From contig OZ281497.1 in the NCBI GenBank assembly GCA_965637545.1, forward strand, positions 6,634,001 through 6,698,000: a stretch of DNA of 64,000 nt, written 5' to 3'. The DNA comes from Phallusia mammillata. Lineage: Eukaryota. Every line of letters starts with the position of its first letter. Within the stretch, counting starts at the first letter, position 1. Below, piece after piece: positions 13,001 through 22,300 of the stretch. The position numbers were made by a program, and so were the translations under genes. The notes below the pieces were generated by a model that did not search any database, had not been told where the DNA came from, and worked only from the letters and a program-made list of their open reading frames with translations.

Positions 13001-14149
13001 CCCCCGTCTCTTTGCTTTCATGCAACTACTAAAAAGGGCAGTGGGCTTTCTTTCACTGTTAATCTCAGGCTTAGCATTGAATGTCTTTGGTGTGGGAGTA
13101 GAAAGTTTCTACTAGAAACACCATATGTGTCAAGTTAATGCGTTTTTTGGCAATATCCATCCTGTGCCGTCTTCACGATAAGGACTTTGTTATTTACCCA
13201 ATTTACCAGAAGTGTCCATTTATCCCTTTTTAAAACCATGTTGTTATATAACCGATGTTTCATTTTTTGCTACAGAAACAACGCAACAGAGGGAGACTAC
13301 CCAGTTGAAGATGCACCAATTGGACACAACCTTAACTTCAACATGGTTCCATTTTTTCCACCAGTGAAGAACCGTGGCATGTTTGTGTCCAGCGAACAAT
13401 TGGGATACAGTTATTCAGTGCAGTTTGCAGGTAACTTAATGACACATTTGGGTCGTTACCTTATCGCTGCGTTTAAACATTGCCAATTGCGGCATAAAGC
13501 AAACTTGCATCGTACCTGAGTGCTTAGGGTAATTCCTAAATGCTTCCAGACTTAAACCTAATAATCTTCGTTTTTAAACGAGCGGCGTAGGTAACAAGCT
13601 CGCTTCCTGATCTGAGACCATTTTGACCCACTTGCGCTATCTAACGGAAGATAATTTTTCGGCATAAACAGGACACACTCTTTCCGACTTGTATAAAGTA
13701 AAAGCCTTATTATATCTCACATTTTAAATGGTGTCAAAAACAATTACCTTCGTTTTGACTAATTGTTCTATTACAGTTAATTTACAATTACAAAGCTCCA
13801 CGCTTATTACCACATTCAAAATGCGCCATAGAACCGATAGATAGAGCAGTTTTTCTGGCCATGATTACTTATTCTTGACGTACTTCATTTTAAAATGATC
13901 AAATTTAAGAGCAACATTTTAACAGTTTCTGTATTTGTTTTTTTAGCAGCGGAGCCCTCTGAGACATTGGCAACAACCGAATCATTCATTTGGGCATCTG
14001 TCGGAGTTCTGGCTTTCATTGTGCTGAATGTGTTAGTTGCTTTGTCTGTCGCTGCAGCTCGGAGATACAAAAGACGGCAAAAAGAAGAAGACCTTTACCA
14101 GAGTTTGATCTCAGACGACAACAACCCTGGAATTATGTACACTTCCTAA
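10061..14149 (+). CDS. TYRP1/2: Tyrosinase-related protein (Tyrp1/Dct pro-orthologue), about 537 aa, 8 exons, type I membrane protein
   Basis: Exons: 10061-10356, 10493-10705, 11110-11369, 11578-11739, 12183-12338, 12663-12831, 13276-13430, 13947(or 13950)-14149; phases compatible. Signal peptide then QFPRAC; Cys-rich EGF-like region; MeA site [20 protein letters not shown]; MeB site [22 protein letters not shown] (L-H, not the H-H of tyrosinase); TM helix and short cytosolic tail. Confidence 0.96.
11955..12165 (+). mobile_element. Decayed CORE-type SINE (5'-truncated) in Tyrp intron 4
   Basis: B-box remnant ttcaattc, CORE-like block tgtgtcctgagcaagaacttgagcgacaatgctcc (11977-12011), 3' end ataaaaataaa; homologous to 14281-14398. 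Confidence 0.55.
12485..12635 (-). mobile_element. tRNA-containing repeat family, copy B (tail blocks only, permuted order)
   Basis: Contains ccggtcaccaagcattccc and actgggatcagc...cagaccagcgatc blocks, in the opposite order to copy A. Confidence 0.7.
13005..13100 (-). pseudogene. 96-bp duplicated fragment of the BRCA2-like exon 3 lying in Tyrp intron 6
   Basis: 88/96 identical, ungapped, same orientation as 15587-15682; reads [33 protein letters not shown] versus [33 protein letters not shown]. Confidence 0.92.
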
Positions 14150-14280
14150 ATCATTTGTGTTTTTTGATCTTGTGCTTTGTGATATGTAATACAATATTTA
14201 TGTCTGAATATTATCGTTTCTAAGAGCAAACCAGAGACCTTGGGTGGTATAATTAATACAATTTGGTTTAACACTTTAGA

Positions 14281-14398
14281 GTCCACTAGGCGGGAGCAAT
14301 GCCACTCGAGTTCCTTGCTTAGGAAACATAAATGGTCGAGATAGGATTAGAACTCAAAAACATTGCGAACACAAGGCGGTTGCGCTAATCACTTGGCA
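14281..14398 (-). mobile_element. Decayed tRNA-headed CORE-type SINE
   Basis: Minus strand: A-box-like gccaagtgattagcgc, B-box-like gagttctaatcc, then gtttcctaagcaaggaactcgagtggcattgctcc (CORE-like); matches 11955-12020. Confidence 0.55.
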
Positions 14399-14724
14399 AA
14401 TTATAGCTTTTACCCATAATGCTAGTGTGGATCTTAATCGTTTCATAACTAGGCCTAAGTGAATAGTAGATTGATGGTTTTAATCATGCGTTACACCTAA
14501 AGAGCAATATCAACTGTGCTCGCAAATTTACGGGTAATCATATCTGGAGATCTCCTGTAGGGATGACTATAGGATCATGGGCATTGGGTTGTTTGTCCCA
14601 CCGAGGATAATGATTTTCAAAAAAATTACCCGCATCAATTTACGCAAAAACGCTCAAATGGTTGCTAAAATTGACGCGAAAGGTTGGAGGGCCCAATCAT
14701 GTCTCGGTCGTGGGTGTTTCGCCC

Positions 14725-15000
14725 CCTATGCTGCACATGTCAGCTTCGTAGTAGGGGATCGCCAAATTGACAAGTATCGGGCAGCATACGAGGCAGGCAA
14801 CGGTATTGTGATTCAACTTTCGACGGGTTTACCACTGAGCCTGTGTAGCTCAGTTGGTCGAGCGCGAGTCCCGGGAAGACTCCTGTCGTGGTTCCAAATC
14901 CCATCGCAGGCTAGATTTTTCAAGTCTACGCCTTGCCATATGGGCATGCTTGGTGACCGGCCGAATCGGTATTAGCATTCAATGGGCCTGGCGTATTGTG
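14725..15000 (+). mobile_element. tRNA-containing repeat family, copy C (head inverted; intact cloverleaf at 14839-14911)
   Basis: GCCTGTG/CGCAGGC acceptor stem, GCTC/GAGC D-arm, GAGTC/GACTC arm with loop CCGGGAA, T-arm, then TTTTT; the upstream head block is the reverse complement of the head in copies A and D. Confidence 0.8.
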
Positions 15001-15351
15001 ATTCTTTCATTCCCAATTTTAATTTATGCAACGCAGCATCTCATTCTCGGTGATTCCGACTTCACAAACCTGCATTCTTTAGAGTTAGTGTGTAATGACT
15101 AACAACAATATCCCCAAAATAACTTTAACTTTGTATAGAATTGAAGAATTCTTAAAATGTGAAAAAACACACAAGACCAATAACATTGTAAATCGTTAAA
15201 AATAGAAAAGCAGTGAGCATGCACAAAGTGTTGAAATGCTTGTGAAATGGAAAAGGCAAAGGGAAGGTGAAACAAGGTGCTCATCAAAAAGCAACTTAGA
15301 CACAAATAAATTTCAGTTGTCTGTGACCAACTGAAGCACAGGATACAAGAT

Positions 15352-17900
15352 TTAAACATTTTCAAATAGTTCCATCGCCATTAGTAAGCTTTCGTCAGAA
15401 ACATTAATTTGGTCTTCATAAGTTGGTTTCATTCCTAGTTTTCTTTTTGCAGAATGTGTGTTACTTTCAACATTTTGTTGCATATTTTCTTTATTATTTG
15501 CTCCACCATCTGCAAGAGAGTGTGGTTTTAAAGTGCTACTTTCAGTGGGACAAATCTTTCTCCGTGGTGGCTTGTAAGAGCTATTTCGTCTCTTTGCTTT
15601 TATGCAACTACTAAAGAGGGCAGTGGGCTTTCTTTCACTGCTAATCTCAGGCTTTGCATTCAATATCTTTGCTGTTGGAGTAAGAACAGCACATGTAGTA
15701 ATTTTATCTGCAACAGTCTTACTTCCAGCATTACCACTTTTGAAGTGGTTTAAATTGTTCTGGTTTTGTGCCTTGGCGGATGCACTACTGACCATTGCTG
15801 GTTTTGGTGTATCCGTTTGCAGTTTTGGTTCATCATGGAAAAGATGCTGTATTTTAGCCCATGATTGTTTCGATATAGACAGTGGCTTATTACCAGCTGT
15901 GCTGAACCCAGTAGAGTTTGTAAATCCAAATTTATCAGCATCATTAATGATACTTTGTGCTTTGGCCAATGCTTTAGATGAAACTGTCAAAGGCTTTTTG
16001 CTGGCAGAAATAAATCTTGTTGTTTGTGGACACTCAGAGTTTGGAACTCCAAAATTTCCCATGGATGTAGTATTAACCTCTTTCCTGGTTGAGTTATTTA
16101 ACTCAGAACTGGTTGCTGAAACAATACAAGATTTACTTGTGACTTCTAAACTTGTGTTTTCAACATTAGGTTTCTGACAATTAAAAGCAGTTTGGTCCGC
16201 TTTGCTACAATCCAAGCTTGGTTGCTTCTTTATAACTTTGCAAGCTCTATTCCATGCGTCTTTTGGTACAGTAACACCTTTCAGTGCAGTAGTAGGCTTG
16301 TGTGATTTACCAATATCAGATGAATCAACACTAGCAATGAAATTTGCTGCCTTCTCCCAAGATGTAGCTGAAACTTTTAAAGGCTTCATACTGGCTGTTT
16401 GAAAACCAACGCAAGGTAAGTTGTTGACAGCTCCTTGTTCAACATTTGGATCATTGGTGCGATATGTCTTACTTTCCAACACTTTTGGTAAAGTAGAACC
16501 TGATTTTGCTAAGTTCATACATGGAAAGGAAGTTGTGTCTTTAAGGTTACTGTTACTTTGACATATTTTATTACAACTGCTGTTACCAATTCCAGGGGCA
16601 TCGTATTGGGATTCATTTTTGTTTCCACTGGTATCCACTTTTGTAATGTCATCTTTGTTCAGTGCAAGACTACTGCTGTCAGTAATTTTTGACACACAAT
16701 TAGATTCAACATTACCATTGTTACCGTCGTATACGACAGTTGATTTTACAGAACAAGATTGTCTTTGTTTATCACAGGAAATAGCAACTATTTCAACAGG
16801 TTTTACAGTAGAAATAACAGGTGAGCTTTTGGTGACATTTCTGACAGAACAGCCTTTTTGCTTAACACTGTTTGGAGTTACAGAACTGGCACCAGAAACC
16901 TTGTTAAAAGATCCACTTAAAGTTCTTGCAACCGGTTTGAGATTGGGTTTCTTTTTCCAGGGGTTGAATTCATCTGCTTGTGGTGTAAATGGCCTTTTCT
17001 GTGCTGTACTTTTATCATGAATGACACTTTTTGGTGTTACCTGGTTCCCTGTGCATGGTGCAGTACTTTTTACATCACACTTTGGTGTTGATTGGGATGA
17101 TTCACTGGTTAAAAGGCACTTTGCTCTTTTTCGTTTGGATTTTCGTGACTTTCTAAGAACTGGAGATGTACTCCCATCTACCAACATTGCTCCACAGCTT
17201 GAAGTAGGTTCAGATACTGCAAAGCTTGTAGTATATTTTGTTTGTTTTGCACTCTTTGGAGTATTTAAAAGTTTTGAAATGTCTTTTTGCATACTTTCTT
17301 CAGATCCATTGATACATGTTCTGGAAGAATCCTTCACTTCATTAGATTTTTCCAGCAAATTGGTTTGGTTTTTTGAAATATGGGAACGTGTTTTCAAAAG
17401 CGTTTTTGAAGGACATGAAACATCAGTAGCTTCAGGTTTTATTTGACATGGATAAAGAAACTTTGGTTTTGTTTCCTCTTCATTTTTCAAAGCTTGTGTA
17501 ATTGAAAAACTTGATGGACTTTCACCAGCATCTTTTGTTGTACTTGTGACACTAAATTTGAAAAAAAAGGTTATGTTGAAGAATAAAATACTGCATATTT
17601 AAAAGACAAATACCTTGTTGTAGCAGAAAGTGATTGTGGTACTGCAGGTGTCGCTTTGGTAGATTCATCCTCCACCAAGTCCTGTTTAACTTGTTCATTC
17701 AAATCATCAAACCAATTTGGATTTAAAGGCCCCAAAGCTTAAATTACAAAGTTTGTGTGACAATGACTAAAAGATTTAATGCAATTTAACCAAATTAATG
17801 ACAAACCACACAGCATACCTTTCATAAGTTCTTCATTTTTGGAAATTTCATTGAACAGTTTTTCGTCAATGTCATCAAAAAAGTCGTCACCACAAGCCAT
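15352..17900 (-). CDS. BRCA2: Short BRCA2-like protein (about 801 aa): PALB2-binding motif plus 3 clear and 1 degenerate BRC repeats, no helical/OB/tower DNA-binding domain
   Basis: Exons 17819-17900, 17614-17737, 15352-17551 (2406 nt, phases 1 and 2 compatible). LGPLNPNWFDDL (17700-17735) matches human LGPISLNWFEEL, with a phase-1 intron just before LGP as in human exon 2/3. BRC repeats: GFQTASMKPLKVSATSWEKAANFI (about 16336-16407), RFISASKKPLTVSSKALAKAQSII (about 15946-16017), GFSTAGNKPLSISKQSWAKIQHLFHDE (about 15829-15909); degenerate LKGVTVPKDAWNRACKVI (about 16233-16286). Confidence 0.85.
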
Positions 17901-18399
17901 TGGAAATCAATTGACATTGGCACTAACTAAACTAATGTAATGCAGATTTTCATAACTGTTGGTGTTTCCACGCAGTAAACATACCAATTTGCCCGAATTC
18001 CAAGTTTCCAACCACAGCAAGCATGTAAAATTGTAACAAATAATTAAATCCTGCAAAAAAGTTGTATTTGCCGCCAGACAATCGTCGTATATATAAGCAA
18101 TGTTTTTTTTTCCATTTTAAATGTACGGACAAACACAACTCAAATTAAGAGTGTGGATAATTGGGGCTGCAAATTAATAGTTTTCACTGCTGAACAAAGA
18201 CAATAATTATTAAAGTTATATCAGTTGGAAACACGTTTAATTTCAAACATTGAACTTGCAGTTTTATCAAAAGTTTGTACATGTGAAGTGTAACCTGGTT
18301 GTTGGAAAGGGATATTGGTGAAAATTTTGATCTTAAATACTGAGTTTAGCTTACAATTTCGTTGTAGTTGTTAAACAACGATGTCAGTAAAACTTGAAA

Positions 18400-18930
18400 A
18401 GAATAGATAAAGTGTCACTCCGCGGCGGATGAATACGTGTAACGCCCGACTGGCCTTTATGACGTGAATGTGCGCAGCAGGGATGTGTGGGAGGGAAGTG
18501 ATTGTGTGAGCGAGACAGATGCGAAAATTTGTCGTTTTTCCACTAATTTTGGACTTTTGGATGCGCGAGATCGGGAGCTGATTGACTCTGGCGCATCTTC
18601 TGACGCTTCCCAGGTGTCGACAGGTATGTTTTGTGCGTAGTGTACTCAGAATTGTCGATTTTTCGGAGCACAAGGCGCGGGTGTGCTGGCAGCGGGCTCG
18701 ATGCATGCGTTAGTCAATACAAGATGGACGCTCACACGGTCGTCGGGTAGAGATGGCCGAACGCGCCGTGTGTGTGTAGCGCAGAGTCTGCCGAATTCGC
18801 TTGGCGTCGGCACGCAGTTTCTAACGCCTTTTTCATCAAAACACAATCACTACTACACACACACTCACGTTTGCTGTACTTGTACATCTTCTGCCTGTCA
18901 TTCTGTCATTATTGTTGTGAACGGCGTAAG
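18400..18930. promoter_or_regulatory. CpG-rich bidirectional promoter between BRCA2-like (-) and zinc-finger (+) genes
   Basis: Abrupt GC/CpG-rich segment between the two ATGs (17900 and 19351); plus-strand donors CAG|GTATGT near 18623 and GGC|GTAAGT near 18925 suggest non-coding first exon(s); a minus-strand donor lies at 17984. Confidence 0.65.
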
Positions 18931-19350
18931 TGAAATTTTTAAGTACAACAGAGACTGTGGGAATGGACAGCCACGGCAGCCACCTCATTGGAAATGTCTG
19001 TTGGTTCAATAAGTGCGTTGCAATCGGGCTGCGACTTTTTACATCCCTTATCGAAGCTTGCATTAGCAAACATATTGTCAAATTTAGGCTTGTATTTGCA
19101 AAATAGTAATGACGTTTTTTTTGTTTGATAGAAGTATAGAGCCCTTGCACAATACAGTTGAAATGTGCATTGTCCATAACGTTTATTTCGTAATGTGTTA
19201 GCAAATGTTGTACTTGTGTTTGTTTTTAAAATATAATGTAGTATGAATTAGCTTCTTATTCTCGATTACTATACTAAATAAGCTGTCACTAGGTTTTGAA
19301 AATAAATGTCTTCAATTATGCCATTTTTACAGTGAAGCAAGAAAAGAAAA

Positions 19351-22300
19351 ATGGATACAAATGCTTATTGGTTGCCCTCTTCGAGTGGAGTGGACAGTTC
19401 AATGCAGGGGAATGGAGTACAACACCAAAATGATAAAGTCAAAGAAACAGACCTTTCGATGGTCAACCCTCCAGCAATGCTTAACTTTACAAGCATATTT
19501 GCTGGTGCAACTGCTGCAGTGGCTAGCAGTGCTGCCGTTGCTAATGCTGATGTCTTGGTAAATTTTCAGGTTTTTATTCTGTTTATATTAGTTTTTTTCA
19601 GCCTCATAATGACTGCGTACCACCTAAACCCTGTTTAAGGGTAAACCAAGAGCTAGGCCTAATCTTCTCATAAACTAGGCTAGCACATTTCTGAAACCAG
19701 CAAGGTTAGCAATTTTGAAGGAATGTCAAATACAAAAGTTTTACTCCAAAGCAGGGCTAATCAGTAGAATTGCCCTTCTTGATCTGATTTGAATAAAGTA
19801 TAACAGAAACCGCTAGTGGTATGCATACAATAGGTTAAGAACCACTGGTTTATGTAATCTACATGAGCAACATAGTTAAGAGTAATACCCTTATAAGCAA
19901 GTCTGCAGAGTATGGCAGCTGCATGCGCAATTTGTTTTGAAAAAAAAAATTGCACGCCAATTTTTCGGGGTTGCAAGCGACAATTTTGCACCAAAGGCAT
20001 TTGATTGTCCTGCCTTGACCTCTCTTACTTGCTTTGCGCCTGCTGAAATTGGTCGTGCACGCGAACTTACTGGTCGTGCATGCGCGTATGCGGGACATGT
20101 CAGTCCTGCACGAGCGAGATCTCGTCGGAAACTGCCATCTTCTGCAGACTGGCTTATAAGTCAAACAATTTGAAATTTGTATCAACCAAAATTTGTTGGT
20201 GTTTCAGAATGGCGGCAAAAACTTTATGGTTGGTGGGCATAGTGGTATGCCATCTCTCAATCAAATTGCAATACCTTCGGCAAACCAACTTTCAAAACGA
20301 AGTGGTGTTTTCCCTATTTCTGGAACTCTCCCTGGAATGGCCACCATCAGTAATATCGGGATGCAAAACGCGAATGTGATAATTTCTGCAAATGCTGCAC
20401 CTATAAACAGTAAGTCAAAAGGATTTTCATTTTATAGCATTGCATGTACTTAGAATCAGTACTCTGCTGCAAAGTAAAATTTGGTACTGGTTGAAATTAT
20501 GTTCGCCTTTTGTTTTGGTGAAACAGATATATAAAAGTCAATGTTGTTTTGGTCTGTGTGCATGGTCAACCTGTATGTTCTGTTACTACATGTGTCGAAT
20601 TAGAACAATGTGTCACTCATAATGATTTACATTCAAGACAATACTATGTACACTATAGGTGTTTTAATGATCCAACAAACCTATTGACATTTTAGACAGT
20701 TGATTTATTAATTTGTCTGGTACTATTGTTTAGTTTCTATTATAATGTGGCTGGTAACACAATTAATCCTATGTATGTTTTTTTGTAGTTGCTGGAGATC
20801 TACAGCAAGTTGCAGTTACACAACTGCCTTTTACCTCCTCTGCACAAATCCCTACATCAATCACGAAAAACTTTATCCAGCAGGCCGCAGCAGAGAGTGG
20901 TGTTGCCATGGTTGCGAATGCTGATTCAACCGCCACTCTGATGCAAAGTAATATTTTCCCAATACAACAACAACAGCAACAACAAGGTAAATGTAACCCT
21001 TTTGTTTTTGTAAATATTGTGTCAATTGGGTGGTGTGTATATTTGTAAGCACTGAATTGAATTGTTTCTAGTTCCAACACCAATTCCACAATCACCTGAC
21101 ACAACAGAAGAACAGCCACTGAAATGTAGTAAGTTTAATATGTTTTCTAAATGCAACTTTTGGTAAACCAAATTCTGTGTATACCTTATTTGCGTTTTTT
21201 AATGGTTTACTGTATATCATCTGGTGTAAACGTTTTAATATGTCTCTCATTGTGTTGTAGAACTGGACTTACATTATATAAATAATAAATACAGTTCTTG
21301 AATATATTGTTACCTATGTTTGTAATTGGACTCGAAAAGTTTCACATGTAGTAAACCAGTCTTTTTATGAAATTTAACAACCCAATTTTTTGCTAGCTCA
21401 ATGCAACAAAACCTTCAAACAGGCGGGACAGCTGAGTTACCATGCATTTGTAGCTCATGCTGAACTTCAAGCCCGACCTCACAAGTGCCTTGCATGTCCA
21501 GAAAGCTTCTTAGCAGCACATCATCTGCAGGTAATGTACACTAATCTCCTCATTTCAACAGTCCCAAATCTATATCATGAAAATTTACCATTGAAAATTC
21601 CCTATTATATGCTGAACAATATGATGTGAGTGATTTAAGTTATGCTTTTGTGTAGGATCATATGAAAGCGGTGCATATGAACAATGATGGACACCAAAAC
21701 AATGTGACATACACATGCAGTGAATGTAATGCCAGTTTCACTAATGGCGGCCAACTGAATTACCACATTTACATGGCACATACTGTTCAAGGACCTCCAA
21801 TTGTACAACACATGTAAGTGCACAGTGTGTAATGTTTTGCTCATTTAACCATCAAGCAATCTCAGACACAGAACTTAAGCCTTAAAGACTGCATCTATGC
21901 CAATGTTGTTATGTGACACTGATTGGAAAAAGGAGCAAAGGCATTCTTTGTGTAAATTTTAAGTGTTGTCCTGGGTCTAAGATTTTCGTTTAATTAGCCC
22001 AGTGGTTCTTACCCTGTGGTATGTCTATAACTAGTGGTGCATGAGTACCTTTCTGTGATACTCACTTTCAGTCAGATCCAAAATTAGGACAGATCTGACC
22101 CAACTGATCAGCCATGGTTTAGGGTAAAACAAATGTTTTGGACATTCCATTGAAATCGCTAACCTGGCTTGATTTAGAAATATGCTAGTCTGTTCAAGAA
22201 AAATAGGCCTGTCTTTTAGGGTACCCATTCATACATGGTTTAGGTCAGGGGTGGGGAGCCTGTGGCCTAAAGGCTGCATGCGGCCTTTTAGGGCACTAAG

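Noticed and set aside
14839-14911. Functional tRNA gene (also about 26088-26160, 31975-32065, 59160-59245)
   Set aside because: The anticodon loop lacks U33 and differs between copies (CCGGGAA versus CAGGAAA), the arm is shifted by one base, and the sequence is embedded in a dispersed repeat.
14150-15351. Hidden BRCA2 DBD exons downstream of exon 3
   Set aside because: Only 1.2 kb, occupied by SINE-like and hAT-like debris; no OB-fold-like peptide; the donor near the stop (AAT|GTTTAA) is very weak.
15423-17446. Plus-strand ORFs of 63-191 aa overlapping the BRCA2-like exon
   Set aside because: Antisense shadows of a long S/T/K-rich exon; no splice context or domain.
20769-21119. ORF with a CCCCCC run
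   Set aside because: Reverse complement of the poly-Gln (CAA/CAG) tract of the zinc-finger gene.
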